Shown here in pieces: positions 36,701 through 49,969 of a DNA stretch of 64,000 nt. Location of the stretch: positions 17,360,001-17,424,000 of the forward strand of contig OZ287754.1 of the NCBI GenBank assembly GCA_965649765.1. Direction: 5' to 3'. Both the position numbers and the translations under genes were made by a program. The notes under the pieces are model-generated. The model ran no database searches and was not told where the DNA came from. It saw only the letters and a program-made list of their open reading frames with translations. Position 1 is the first letter of the stretch. Every line of letters starts with the position of its first letter. This DNA comes from Bispira polyomma (Eukaryota).

Positions 36701-38180
36701 CATCTGTGTGTGCATGAAGCTAGGACGAAAAAAAAAAAAAGCCCAACATATCTCAATTGCCCTTAAGGAATTGTTGGGGTAAAATATTGGTCTTCATTCA
36801 TAAACATTAAGCCCTCATATACAGGAAATAGTCACACTAGCCACACAAATGTTGATTTAGAGGCATTTCTATTTAATGGCCTGCCACCTATTGTGTATGT
36901 ACTCTTTATACTCTTTACTATGCACACTGGTTAATCCTCACCTTAACTGGACAAATTTAAAAATGCTTTGGGTTTGATATTGATGTTTATGATTTGGTAT
37001 TTACTAAGAAATAGCATTATTTTTTTGCCTATTATACTGAATCTCTTAGATATATATGCCTACACACTCTACTTGTTAGGCTTTTAAAATTAAATTTTAA
37101 ATAGTTAGTTTATTGTGATATGGACTACATTACTTATCTGTTTAGATCTTGCTAGTTTTAGTTAATTTATGAAAAAAAAGTGAAAATGTATTCATAAAAG
37201 TATTCATGAATACGAATACATGTGCAATATATTCGCATACGAATGCGAATACTTTAAAAAATGTATTCGAATGTATTCGAATGCGAATGCAGAATACGAA
37301 TACCCCATGCCTGATGCACTTTATGCCAAAAACACAAACATTAAAACAAAATAAACCTGCTATGTCTCATGAAGTACCTAACAAACCTTGACACCACATT
37401 GCATGTGATATTTTAGATAGGAAGCAGTACCTTATTACCAAGATAAATTCCATGCATTAGTTGATAAGATGCCTATCCCCACAACAAGCCACAATGTTGC
37501 ACAGAAGATAAAGCAACACTGTTCAATTTTGGGTCATCCAAACTCAATATTCACGGACAATAGACCTCAGTACTCTGGCAAAGCTTTTCAACAATACACT
37601 AAAGATTGGAGATTAGAACGTGCCACAACATCCCCAACATACAGTCAAAGCAACATTTTTATTGAATGCCAAATAGGTTACATTAAACCATTATTACAAA
37701 AGTCCATTAGTAATAATCAAGACATTTACTTAACCTTGCTCAATGTGAGAGCAACTCCCATTGACCAGAAATTGAAGTTACCTGCTGAATTACTTTCTAT
37801 AGACCACTTGTCACACTGCTCCCCAGCCATCATGGTATATAGGTCATGAAAATGATCAGGAAATGCTCCACACAAGGTCCAGCAAAACTACAACAAAAAC
37901 TACCACCCCTGTACCCAGGACAATTTATTAGAGGTCAATCTCAGAAAAACGAGCAATGGTTTCCAGAAACTATAATGAGGCCATGCAGACGTTACACCTG
38001 AAAGCTACCTTGCGCGTATCAACAGCCGAACATTGAGTAGAAACGGCCACCATCTGCACACATGCAGAAGGATAATCATATTCCAAATACACCAACAGCA
38101 AGGAACACCACAACAGCATGTATTACCACCTCAACAGCACCGATTGCTATACCAACAGCACGTATATTACAACACCACAG
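33765..38180 (+). mobile_element. Decayed Ty3/Gypsy LTR retrotransposon (gag start and integrase; no RT recognised), interrupted by DNA elements
   Basis: ...ACA|TGGTGGCA LTR end and PBS at 33907-33917; gag-like MNWSVEN..LYQQKLKLYFEDENI; integrase zinc region IIIPESMH..LHQSHQGIQKT (about 35950-36090); integrase core HPNSIFTDNRPQY...TSPTYSQSN (37469-37849). No matching 3' LTR recognised. Confidence 0.8.
36098..37313 (-). mobile_element. hAT transposon deletion derivative with BED-finger first exon and 8-bp TSD
   Basis: TSD atgcactt at 36090-36097 and 37314-37321; terminus CAGGCATGGGG with GAATAC subterminal repeats; ORF 36176..36367 SSVVSAHF..AKCKHC..GKTTSNLLNRLK is BED-like and ends at a gt donor. 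Confidence 0.82.
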
Positions 38181-38189
38181 AAAGATCCT

Positions 38190-38520
38190 TTACAGCTGTA
38201 TAGGTATATTACACATTTTCCTGTTTGAAAATTAAACCCACCAGGAGCGCAGGATCCAGAGCTTTCTCTAGTACAGCCTTTTAGTTACAGAAAAGTCTCT
38301 CAATTGACCTCAGATCAATGGAAATACTTATCTGTTTTTGAAAAAACTTAAAACCTATCTTTTTAACCTTGCGTTTCCCACTTAGTTCTCTCCTGTACAC
38401 CCTTAAATTTTTCCTTATAACCTTGTTGTGTCCATGTTGTTGGATTATATTGGATTATGTTGTTGTGCTTTAGAAGATGTCTAGCATCAATAAATCATAT
38501 TAAAAATGCATAATAATAAT
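38190..38520 (+). mobile_element. 3' end of an L2-group LINE
   Basis: RAFS...KKLKTYLFNLAFPT* C-terminal motif, 3' UTR and (TAA)n tail. Confidence 0.65.
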
Positions 38521-38678
38521 GATGTATATGTTGCTTGCCTTCCTTGAGGTCTAGGTTAGTCCATTTATGTGGGTTGAAAGGTTGAAGGGTTTTGAAAATT
38601 ATGGAGCATGACAGTAAAGGATAAAGGATAAAGTATGATTATATTGCAGACTGACTCTGTCCATATTTTTACAAGGGT

Positions 38679-38929
38679 TTGAATTTGGATATTTAACGTC
38701 CACTCTAGTACCTTTTAGTAGGTTATATTGGGACGGGTAGTTGGAAACGCTGGAGGAAACACTGCATACAGTCGGTGTAGGTTCTGCAGAGAAATCAGCG
38801 GCCCACAGTAAGAAACTACCACCTTTCCCACATAGGCATCGACAGGATTCGAACTCACGCCGCCCAGAGGTGAGAGACCAGTCATTGTGAAGCGCCATGC
38901 TTGCTAACCACTAGGCCACTGCGGCCCCC
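38679..38929 (-). mobile_element. Young full-length tRNA-derived SINE (family A) with 15-bp TSD
   Basis: A box TGGCCTAGTGG, B box GTTCGAATCC; TSD tatttttacaagggt at 38664-38678 and 38930-38944. Confidence 0.92.
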
Positions 38930-39099
38930 TATTTTTACAAGGGTGTTTGATGAGGAGAGATACTAGAATTTCATCCTAAAATTTCTCAATCTTCATTTTT
39001 TAAATGTCAGGGTATTTCATTGGACAACTTTTCTTGTCACACAGATTTTGGCAACGTGAGAGAAACAAAAATTGCCAAAGATGGTCCAATCTCAGAACC

Positions 39100-39200
39100 A
39101 AACATAAATCATCAGTTTGGACTCAGATCAAGCAATGATAAGATCGAGGATATGATTATGGAGATGGGTAGGACTGCAAACAAACTGTTTGAATATAAAG
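39100..39200 (-). mobile_element. LINE AP-endonuclease fragment
   Basis: The minus strand reads SPTHLHNHILDLII, the PTH..GHILDL motif of APE domains. Confidence 0.55.
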
Positions 39201-39696
39201 GGTCTAAGTTGTTAGTCTTTGGTGACTGTGTTATGTATTTTTTCAAGTCTTTTCCTAAAATGTTGCACATCCAAGAAAACTTTTGTTATATGTATAATCC
39301 ATACAAACAACATCCAAAGCTGTGTTCACATTCACAGGGATATGATTACCCAGAATTATATAACAGTACTTATTATAAAACTATGGTGCAACTTCTCCCA
39401 TTTCTTGTACCATTGATAATATTCCTTGTCCATTTGGAAAGAGGTTAAATTTGGATTTGGACGCTATTTTTTGACAATAAAACTTTAATTTTAGTGTCTT
39501 GTATTGATCTAGTGTATATCTATGTAGGAGTGAACTATATCACGATCAAATATGATTATATTTGCTGAATATGTATCTCCCGTACACAATATTACTTCCC
39601 CCTAAAAGCCAGTGCAAAATTGCACTGTTAATGTGATGCAAAAAGGCCCTCTGTGTGAATGTTGATATGTAGCACATATTACCTTTATGCCTGGTT

Positions 39697-40283
39697 ATAG
39701 TCTAGTCTAGTCTAGTCGTACTTTTATAGCGCTTAATCTTAGTACAACAAATTCTAAGGCGCAACAAACCCAAAACGTTAATTGAAAATCAAAAATAGTG
39801 GGCGGATGGAAGTCGTAACCAGAGAGACTACCGTAAATGGTTGCGACGGCTAAGGTGGAAAAGCCTGTTCAAAAAGATAGGCTCTCCTGAAAGAGGAGAA
39901 AGTTTGGGCCAGGCGAACATGATCAGGTAGGCTGTTCCAAATGAGGGGGCCATCATGAGCTAGGCAGTGATTGAACTGAAATTTGGATTTGTGGATGCGA
40001 GGGTCGAAAGTGGGAATGTTAAGGTATAATTTATCAGGGTTACTGCGCCTTGTCCTGACTGAGCATGTATATTTGGATAGATGGGGGCTAAAATAAGTGG
40101 GTAATCCAGAATTTAGAAATTTATATATTATTGTTGCTGTTTTGAAAGCAACACGATATTTTATTGGGAGCCAGTGCAGTGACAGGAGTACAGGAGTAAT
40201 GTGGGAAAATTTCGAAGTTTTGGTCACAATACGTGCCAATGAGTATTGGATATTCTGAAGGCGTCTGAGGTCACTACGAGATA
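39697..40283 (-). mobile_element. 5'-truncated L2-group LINE (ORF2 C-terminus, 3' UTR and (CTAGA)n tail)
   Basis: LRRLQNIQYSLARIV..SHITPVLLSLHWLPIKYRVAFK..IWNSLP..YLFEQAFPP* followed by a short tandem tail. Confidence 0.88.
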
Positions 40284-41156
40284 ATATAGAAGAGGAGAAT
40301 TTCGTATCTTTCTTTGGGAAAGTCTCCACACTCTATACATGTTTGTACGGCTCCAAATTTATGACAGTGCTACACATGTCTGGTATGAATTCCAGAAAAA
40401 GGTACCCTCCTATTCACTTCCTTCAATACAAAATATGAGTGGCAATTTTTTATATTCCGATGTCCTAAATTGAAGGCAACTGTCAGTTGTTCTTATAATA
40501 ATTAACTATTATTAAACTATTATTAAATATTTAAATACTGTACGTTGAAAAATTCACATTTAGATTTATTGTAATACAAATTGACCAATATATGTAAAAT
40601 AAGATGCACTCAGTACCCCTTTAGTGACCCACTTAACTGTAGAAAGGTCTATATTGTGTAGAAGTAAGTTTGTCTATCATGTTTATGTATTAGTTTTGCG
40701 TTTATGTGTTTTAAATCAGAAATAAGCACTAAATAATTTCGTTTTTTTTTTTTATATATTATGCACAATGGATTAATTTACTTGCATAAGGTATTCTTGT
40801 AAGGATTAAAATATAATTTTACAATTACTTTTTATGTTGGTTGTTCTCTGTAACTCACTAAAGTATTTAGCCAATATTCCTATCTATTATTGTATAGATT
40901 TGGCCTTGAATTGACGGATTAATTAAATTTGCAAAATACAATTGAATATATAGCATATAGGTGAAGGTCAGGGATTAATATTTAAATGGGTTCAGTAGTC
41001 AAAATTACAGTAAACAGAAATTCTGTATCAAAACTCAAATACCTTATTTATTACATTTGTGACCATAATTCTCTTCTATCAGTCTCAGCATACCCTATCA
41101 TTCTTTATATGATCGAAGATGTCCAAAGTGACATAAAAACCCACTAAATTTAGTGG

Positions 41157-41445
41157 CCAGGGCTCGATCCTCACCTGCAGGCCTGGAGATTGTACCCTTG
41201 GACAAGATGCTTTACACAAAGTTGTCCCTTTTTACCCAGGTGTATAAATGGGTACCTGGCTGCTAATGGGTGTAAGTCTTTGTGCGCCGCATGTGGCAGC
41301 ACGACTAGTATGCTCTCTGAGGGAGCTAAAACTGAACAATTGGTTGACAAGTGAAAGGACCCAGGCTGGGGTAATAATTTGTAGTGTTAGTGATTATCTT
41401 CAGATAGATATTTGCACATTAAATACTGTAATTATTCAAATTTAA
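41157..41445 (+). mobile_element. CORE-like SINE (family B)
   Basis: B-box-like GGCTCGATCC and central cccttggacaagatgctttac...acccaggtgtataaatgggtacc; second copy at 19320-19985. Confidence 0.7.
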
Positions 41446-41654
41446 ATTTGAAGATATGTATTATAATTCTCGCAAATAATTACATTTTGATCCATATAGT
41501 TTTTGGACCAGTACCTCAATGGTACATCATTACATTTCAGCATTTATATGATTATTTTCATAATTAAGGCATGGCAATACTAATGGCTACATATCTGTCT
41601 AGGCTGTCAGGAGTCTCTTCTGTACATTAGGACGACCCTCATAATAAGGTATAT

Positions 41655-42170
41655 ACTATCTCTCAGACTTTTGCGCCACTCAGATCAGCGCTTAGATCGG
41701 AGCGGCGCTGTACAAAACCAAATGGGGAAATATCAGAGTGCAGCGCTAGACAGAGGTTGTGTTACTAGACAGTGGGGGAGTGTAAAGGGTGGTGCTAGAC
41801 AGAGGATGTGAATATAGACTCAGGGACGTAGGGGGTGGTGCTAGACTGTAGGGAGGGGGTGGGGTAATGTGTGTAGGGGGTGGCGCAGCGGTGCTGTACC
41901 AGTCAAATGACGCAATATTAGAGAGGGTGTGGGGGGTAGTGCAAGCAGTGCTGTACAGAGAGAGGAAGACAATTTATTTTATTTAAGTGCCACCTGCACA
42001 AAATGAAAACATCGCATTACAACAATAAAATCATAACTGTTTCACACAGTAAACAAGACTTTAAGCTTGAATTGACCTTGCACCCAGCCCATGTGATCTG
42101 GACCAATATAAAATTCGGCGCAAAAGTCCGAGGAAAGTCCGAAATACGAGAATAAGTCCGAGGTATAGTA
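41655..42170. mobile_element. MITE with TACTATACCTCGGAC-type TIRs and G-rich interior; relative at 60408-61131
   Basis: tactatctctcagacttttgcgcc versus ggcgcaaaagtccgagg...gtccgaggtatagta. Confidence 0.65.
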
Positions 42171-42199
42171 GGAACCTCATAAAAATAACCCGTTCTTAC

Positions 42200-42427
42200 G
42201 ACTTTGTTTTAACTGTCACACCAGGCATGTTTATTTATTTAATAATTCCGAATTATTGTATCTTTTGTGATTAAAATTATGTGATTGTTTTTCGCCTGTT
42301 AGGTTACAAACTAACAAAAGTATTCTGTTGTTGGATATCATGTGAACTGTCCGATTATTACATGACGTCACAATCCGGGACATCGCTTCAACATGTCCGC
42401 CACCGGAAAGAGATAAAAATTTCAATG
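42200..42427. promoter_or_regulatory. Candidate shared promoter / non-coding first exons between CCDC91 and PHRF1
   Basis: Non-repeat CpG-containing patch with a perfect CRE TGACGTCA (42363-42370) and an ETS core CCGGAA (42403-42408). Outward-facing donors: gtaaga on minus at 42199 and gtaatc on plus at 42428. Confidence 0.4.
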
Positions 42428-43620
42428 GTAATCTTGTTCAATGTGCTCGTATTTAATTATTGCGAACGTGTAATATAATTTGTGTTGACTAATCCCTTGG
42501 TGGTTATTTGATACCTTAGACAAAATATAAAGTAACTGTTAGCTGTAGATTCTCTGTGGTACTTCTTTGATAATGCACCAAAGTGTTCAAAATTTACGGC
42601 GCCCGAGTCACGTTGACTTTTATGAAACACCGTTCTCACGTCAAATAAAATGTGTTTCAGGTACTGTCTGGCAACTTTGCAAGTTTTTTTTTGAATGGAA
42701 GATAAAAACACGCTTGTATGTGTTTTTAAGTCTACATTAAAGTCGTGCCGTTTTTGGGGTATGTTATGGATAAATCTTTTGTTTCTGTCAAATTTGCATT
42801 GCTTATCAAAATATTTTACAGCAAGGTTTTATACAGGGATGTATTTCCGTGTATGTATAATTCATGATGTAAACTAGACCGAATAATCTGTCCCTATTTA
42901 GCGAGATTCCTCACTGATATTTTGCCGACGGACTCACGAAAAGGAAGTTAATTGCTTCCTTGATATGAAGTTAATAATAAAATGGGTCACATATTTTAAT
43001 GATTTGTATGGTCGTGCATCATGTTTTTGGTGCAATCGGGTTTACAGCGTACTGCACTGTACGTATTTTACGACAAACAAATTTTTGTTTTAAAGTAAGT
43101 TGAAAACCCAACGAACATCCATGAAGTTCCGTTAATTGCTTCCTTCTTTTAATATGAAGGTAATAATAAAATGTATTGCCTTGTTTTAATAATTGCTATT
43201 TTTGGGGAGTTCCGTTAATTGCTTCCTTCAAATTCAAGTGTGCTAACAAAAGCCGAGATATAATGTAATGATATGTTTGCGGTTCTTGCTAAGTACATTT
43301 TTTATCTTGCATGTCAAACCATACACAGAACTACTGCAAATGCGTTTTGTGTATATATGTTAAAATTTATATACACGAAAATATATATTCATTATATAAC
43401 CACTGCAAATATTTTAATCAAGGTTATATACGCATATATATTTCCGTGTATATAATTCATGATGTATACACTCGTATACATGTGGCTTGTCAGTTCCTTG
43501 CCGATTTTACCCTAAAATACACGGAACTCCTCCATTTAAAATTTGTCACGAATATTTTTATCAAATCATGCACGGCACAACCGCAAATAGGTTCTGTATA
43601 TGTATTTTAAAATTTATATA

Positions 43621-45273
43621 TGTTACAGTAAATATGTGAAATCAGTAAATACGCGTAATTACTAAAATTTTCAGTAAATACGCGTACTTACTGGTTTTGG
43701 GTTTGCATTATTTCACAAGTTTACTGGTGGTCGTTTCAGTAAACATGTGTAATGTGAAAATTTTATTTAAGGGTTTTTTTAACATTTAAAAGATAAATAT
43801 CAGTGTTTGGTCAATTCATCAGTCTTTCTCAGGCATATGATGTTTAAAGTTTTTAAAGTACCGAGTACCTGGATTTAGTTAGGTCACTTTAAAGCATGCA
43901 ACATCACATGTATTTTGTATTTACATTATTGTCTACACAACACTCTTCTTTATTTGACATTTAAAATGGAATAATTATTAAACTGTGAAAAGTAAATATA
44001 ATTTGAAATTAACATTAAATAAAGACTAAAGGTTATAAGGTACTAGTTTGTAAAACTTCCTTTTGATATTATTGCAACAAGTTAACTGTGGCTTTTATAT
44101 CATCCAAATATCATCAAAGACTCAATTACATGTCTGTACAGGCCACACCAGCTTTAAAGGTAATGTAATGATTAGATGAGCAGAAGCCTTTACAAACCCT
44201 TCCGTTTGATTAACATAAAACTGTGAAATGTGGCTCCTATGTGAGGTAAGTCTCGTGGAAGACTCACAATTGCCTATATTGGATACTGGTCATCCAATTA
44301 TATATATGATATACAGGTAAGTTGAGATGTGGCTTCTCAGTTTGAGAAATCCATTGCGACAGAATAAGAAGGTTCAAAATAATCGCCCATTGAATTTGAA
44401 GTTAGCCATTAATTGTAATTATCATATACTGTTGTCTATAGGTAAAGACTGTTTGCCTGCTATCAATTCATTTAGGATTTGTATATGTACAAAATGGCTG
44501 GTTTGAACATAAATTCACTGTTAGTGCACATTCTCAACCACCTAATTTGACCCCAGCAGGAAAAGAAGTGGTGGACAAGGATTTACAAAATGTAACTGTA
44601 AATGTAAATGTAACAAAATGTAAATCTAACAATAGATGCAAGTGTTATAAACCTAAACTGAAATGCAATAGCAGGTGCCACTCTAGTTTATCCTCTCAAA
44701 ATAAACAATGAACTTACTATAACCAACCACTGTACATATTTTCTGTAATAATGTAATTAATTAATTGGTGTCATTTAGTGCATGAAATATACTACATGAC
44801 ATGTAATGTATAAGAAAATGTCATTTATATGAGCAAATCTATTTCAAAAGTCGTTTTCAGGTGTAAATATATATTTTGAAGACTACTTGTAACATATTGG
44901 TGTAATAAATTGAATGATATGTGTAACATACACTTAGGATAAACAACACAATATATATGTATAAGTAATGTGCCCAAATAAATTGACCTAAATAAAGATG
45001 GACTCTTTAATAACTTGTAAAATCACCACTACCACATAATGATACATCATATGGATGAAAAAGACTTAATGTGGCTAGTTAATCATCACTTGAAGAATAA
45101 TGAGACAATTCAGTAAATATGCGAACTTACTAGACCCAAAATCCAGTAAGTACGTGTATTTACTGAAATTTTTAGGGATTACGTGTATTTGCTGACCAAA
45201 TCAGTAAATACGCGTATTTACTAAAATTTCAGTAAATACGCGTATTTACTGATTTCACATATTTACTGTAACA
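43621..45273 (+). mobile_element. Ginger2/TDD-like (KRBA2/SCAND3-integrase type) DNA transposon deletion derivative
   Basis: TIRs TGTTACAGTAAATATGTGAAATCAGTAAATACGCGT, TATA on both flanks, and a remnant at 44570-44711 reading GGQGFTKCNC / TKCKSNNRCKCYKPKLKCNSRCHSSLSSQNK*, the Cys-rich C-terminus of this family. Confidence 0.78.
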
Positions 45274-46842
45274 TATACATGTATACAGAAATATATCCGC
45301 ATAGATAACCACTGTAAAATATTTGATGGTGACATGAGTGGAAAATTATTTCCATAACTATTTCACTGGTCAGTCAGTGAATTTCCCCACCTAAAAAATT
45401 CCGTTTTAAAAACCGATTTTATGGAATTTAATCAATACAAAATGGTGTATTATGCATAAACTATTGCGTTATGGATTCTAAATCATGAAATTAATGCCAT
45501 ATATTTTCGAAAAACATCATCTGGCGAAATTCACTGCCCTGTCAGTAGGGTAATTCATTTTCAACAATTATATTCATCATGATCAATAAAAAGTTATATC
45601 AATGTGATTTTTGTTTGATTTACGAACAATTATGATCAGTGCGGTTGTGCGTTATGCACAGTGTTCAATGTTATACTATCAGTATAGAGAGTTTTCATTT
45701 TTTGTGTGTCAAAAGGCTAATCTCGGAGGTGGTTGAGAGCTGTGGTCTCAAATTTTGCACACAGACATAGCCTAGGCCTTAGATATCTTCGATTTTTTTG
45801 GTGTCGATAGTGCCAGAGAGTTTTTTGAGCATGTCCATTCCTAATTTGTGATTGATGGTTTTATTATGACAAAGACTTTCCTGTGTCGTCCTTCCTAGTG
45901 TTAGCGCCACCCACTTTCATCAATTTGATACACAGTGCCCAGGCATGAAGGGAGTGGCTGATCTCGACAAACTTTAAAATATTTAAATGAGTAATAAATG
46001 GATATCGCATCTATTTTTGATGTTCGCCCAATAATATGCAGTTAAATTATGTTGGCAAATGAACTTCAGTATCAGTAGGTGTTTGTAAAAGTACTGTTTA
46101 AGGTAATATTTGATAAAATCCTTGTTATGTGATAGATTTTAAAAACCAAAATGATGGTCTAAATACTGCAAATTATATGACTTTAATAATATGTCTCTAT
46201 TTTATGGCTTTTCCTAAATTAAAAAGGTAAACCGCTAATAAATAAAAGAAACGTATATGGAAAAATCTTACATTGCAATGAGAATGTAAGCAGTAATACC
46301 AAAAGCAAAAATCCGCTGGTGAAAACCACATGGAATTGACAATAAATAGCAATATGTTAAATATAACAACCTTGAGTGCATGCCGATTGTGAATATTTTA
46401 AAGTTTAATCAGGTATATTGGTAGTTTCTGTGTATTTATCCTCCCATGTTTGCTTGCAAGAACCAGGTTGCGCATGCGAGACCCTTTCTTGTTGGGGTAT
46501 TCCATGATGATTTTTTGAAAGTAGTGATTTGACAGCATAAGATATTTAAAATGTTATTTGATACAAATGTCCTCAATGATACATTTAACTTATTACAGAC
46601 ATTGTTTATCAGAACTAAAAATATTTCACTTTGTAAGTAAAGGAAGGACACTACAGGTGTACTTCATGTAATATTATAGTTACGTAATAGAGTTTACAAA
46701 CCTCAAATGGTGGACTAAGTACTGCAAAATATATAAATTAAGTTAAGTTAATATATCTCTATTTTCTGGCTTTTCCTAACTTAAAAGGGTTAAATAGATA
46801 AATAAAATAAAACATACATGTATATGGAAACATATTTACTTA

Positions 46843-47797
46843 GACGAAGTGGCTGGCGAACCTTTGTCGGTTCCACAAATAAATACTTTATAGAGCCCCT
46901 ATCGGTTCTTCAAAGAAGCACAATGGAGAATCATTAATCACTAAATCAAATAAAAGCCTTTATTACAAACTTCTATTGTTCTAATTCAATTCATATGGGG
47001 TCAATGGCTTTACCTGGGCTAATGTACTTGATGTTTTTGAAATTAAAGAAGTACCTGTACCTGTTAAAATGGAAGAAGTAGATGTACCTGATTTTGTTGA
47101 AATCCATGGAGAATTTAATAAAGAAACTCCAATTGACATTGACACTGTTGAAATCCTTGAAGAATTGGATGAAGAAAATCCAATTGAGATTCCAAGTGAA
47201 GAAGTACCAAGCATTGACCTATCCACAGTGACACTTTCAGCAAAGACAAGGGCAAGAGGTCGTCCGAATCGTTCAATCAACAAAGTTATTGGTTTGCAAG
47301 GAAAAAAACAGGGCACCTTAAAGGGTCAACAAAAGAACCATCTCCAAAGAAGACATTCTGCATCCGCTTAAGTAAAGACCCAGGCCCTCAGGAATGGACA
47401 TTCAATTAAAAATTTTTAGTATGGACAAGTACAAATACAGTACAATTTTTTTAAATTTTATTTTTACATTTTAGTCTTTATTTAAGTGGCTAGAAATATG
47501 TATACTTCCAGTTATTTTTTCGTAGTGATTTCCCCCTCCAACAATCTCATGTCCAAATGTAAATACCGGTACAAAAAATGTACTAAATGTGCTGTAAAAA
47601 GGAATTATTTTTTTTGTTTGTGATGGATGCTTAATGTCTAATATGTGTGTCAATAAATAAAATATATTAGTATGGAAATTTTTTATATTTACATTAGTTA
47701 CCGTCAACGGTTCCGCAATGTGCTTCTTTTGAGAACCGGCAACAGCTCTACAAAGCGTTTATTTTGGAGCTGACAACGGTTCTCAAGCCACAGCGTT
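46843..47797 (+). mobile_element. Non-autonomous element with about 100-bp TIRs carrying a MULE/ZSWIM-type transposase C-terminal fragment
   Basis: 46843-46945 is inverted at 47694-47797. ORF 47069..47371 has an acidic tract followed by TLSAKTRARGRPNRSINKVIGL (AT-hook plus VIGL motif recalled from MULE transposases). Confidence 0.6.
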
Positions 47798-49154
47798 ACT
47801 TTTAATGCACTGTACATAGAAATGTGCAGTGTCAGATTTGTATAGTTTTCCCTATGGTAAATGCTCTCCCGCCAATTGGCTCTCCATCAATAAAAAACAG
47901 ACATCAATTGGCGGCAAAAGAGTCTTCCAATTATTTGTTTCCATTTTAAGGTTGTGAACCCTTTTGTCACATTTGTGGAAAATATTACAAGTACATATTT
48001 AGAAGTGATTAAAACTTTATTTATCGCCCAGACAATTTGTACTTCATCAATGAGTTTGAATATGCCTTCCAAAATTATAAGTAGACAATAATTTTTTATG
48101 CTTAAAACATTGCGTACATATATATTATTTTTTTAAATTCAATAATTATATTTTTCATTGTGTAATTCATCTGTATTTTCTCTTCACAGTTCGTAATAAT
48201 CCCAGGATGTTTTGACACCATCTTTATTTACAATATTTATACAATTCTGATTATTCTTTCACAAATGATAAAGTGATGATAATTCCATATTAAAACACTG
48301 CATACATTAACATATATTTGATTTAGAAGGTAGCCACTTTATTTGTTAAACGGTTTAAATCGGCTGTCTTTTCTTGTCCAATCTTTGTTGACACTGGAGT
48401 AGACAGATGGTGTGTGCTAAAACCAGCCAAGAATCAGTTATACGCCTGTGAAATGTAGGAACCGTCTGGGTAGTGATTAGTGGGTAAATTGTTTATCGAT
48501 ATTGCCAATATTTATTGTTTGGGCTTTAATAGAGACATATTACACCTTGAGAATACATTTATACAACAATTTTAATTATATTTTATAGTTAATACCTTTT
48601 AAATAATTAATGATGACCATTTTCAGTCCATTTTTACTTGTAAACATATTGAGCGGTTCTCACTTCCGGTTTTATTCGGGCAGGTTTTTTTTTTGAGATT
48701 CGTTCCAGTTTCTTCAAACATTTCTTGCTATGTCCTGATATCATACGATATTGATGTCATTTTATGTTCAATATTGATGTAGAGCAGCCCAAACGATTTA
48801 CTCGTAGTGATTCCTAAAGACATTGCAAACCCTAGTCTCTTGGGTGGTCTTTACTGATGTGTAACAAACACAAAAATATTAATGTTGTGTATAGATACAT
48901 ATTTTACAATGGGGACAACACTTGTGCAGCAATTATAGTGGTATTTTTAAGTTAGTATCTTTTAATTAATGAATGATAACCCATTTGAAGTCCTTTCCTA
49001 CTTGTTAAAGAATTCGCACTTCCTGTTTCATTTGCAGATATTTTTTTGTTTTAAAAAAAAAAAAGTTCAAGTTCTCAGTATGTCTCAATATTGGACCAAT
49101 ATAAAAAGACTTTTACCTTTGAAATTGATCTTGTGACACTAGTACAGACAGATA

Positions 49155-49969
49155 CAGGGTTAGATGTTCACAAAATATGGTGGTAATCTGCCAGACTACT
49201 TGATTTTAATTTTTGGTAGTCCGAACAAAAAGTTGGTAGTCCAGCCTAAATTTAGTCAAGCTCTAGAAAAAAAAACTCCTCATCAAAGAAGTTATATAAG
49301 ATTGAATTATCCTTTCATATTTAAGATCATGAAAACCTTTAATATTCACTAAGATATTGCAAGTTAAAATGGGACCTAATTTCCCTAATTTTCGATTTCT
49401 ATCTGTATAATATTTAATGGGTGGTAAAAAAGTTTAACTTGTATTATTGTATATTTTATTATGTATGATTACCCTGAATTAAGAATAAATATGATAATAA
49501 ATTAGAGTGTTTATTTTATGATCATCCAACATCCACCCGGAAATATAGGTGCTTTTAAAGCTATCTCCCAATATTTAGGTGAATTTAGAGCTACCTCCCA
49601 AGATTTAGGCGATTTTGAAGCTACTTCCCAAGATTTGGGCGATTTTAGAGCTACCTCCCAAGTTTTAGGGGATTTTACCTCCCAACAGAGTTGGGAGCTC
49701 GGAGTTTTAGAAGGAACCCTAAACATATGTGGTGTGCCGTGAGCGGTGTTAAATTTTTTTATTGGTTTTGAACAAGTGAGCAATAATGACAGATTTGTGT
49801 CTTTGCTTGATTGAAACAATATATTTGTAGTGTTGGTTGAAGTTAAGGTAAAAATTTCTCAATATATGTTAAATTATATGAAGCAGTCTGTCGGACTTCC
49901 TTTCACAAGGGGTTTAGTAGTCAGTTTCGATTTTTGGTAGTCTCGGATTACCGCAAACGTCGAACCCTG
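49155..49969. mobile_element. hAT-like MITE (CAGGGTT TIRs) containing a 30-bp x about 5 minisatellite (49540-49690)
   Basis: cagggttagatgtt ... aacgtcgaaccctg, flanked by agata on both sides; unit gctacctcccaagatttaggcgattttaga. Confidence 0.7.

Noticed and set aside
38435-38520. 3' LTR of the Gypsy element
   Set aside because: No similarity to 33765-33909; better explained as a LINE 3' UTR and tail.
38850-38929. tRNA gene
   Set aside because: The A/B boxes belong to a SINE head with body, tail and TSD; no clean cloverleaf or terminator.
39020-39448. 142-aa ORF as a gene
   Set aside because: No recognisable domain, a TTG start, and the opposite strand carries a LINE endonuclease motif.
49511-49819. 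Repetitive peptide ORFs (WEVALKSPK / ATSQDLGDF)
   Set aside because: By-product of a 30-bp minisatellite inside a MITE.
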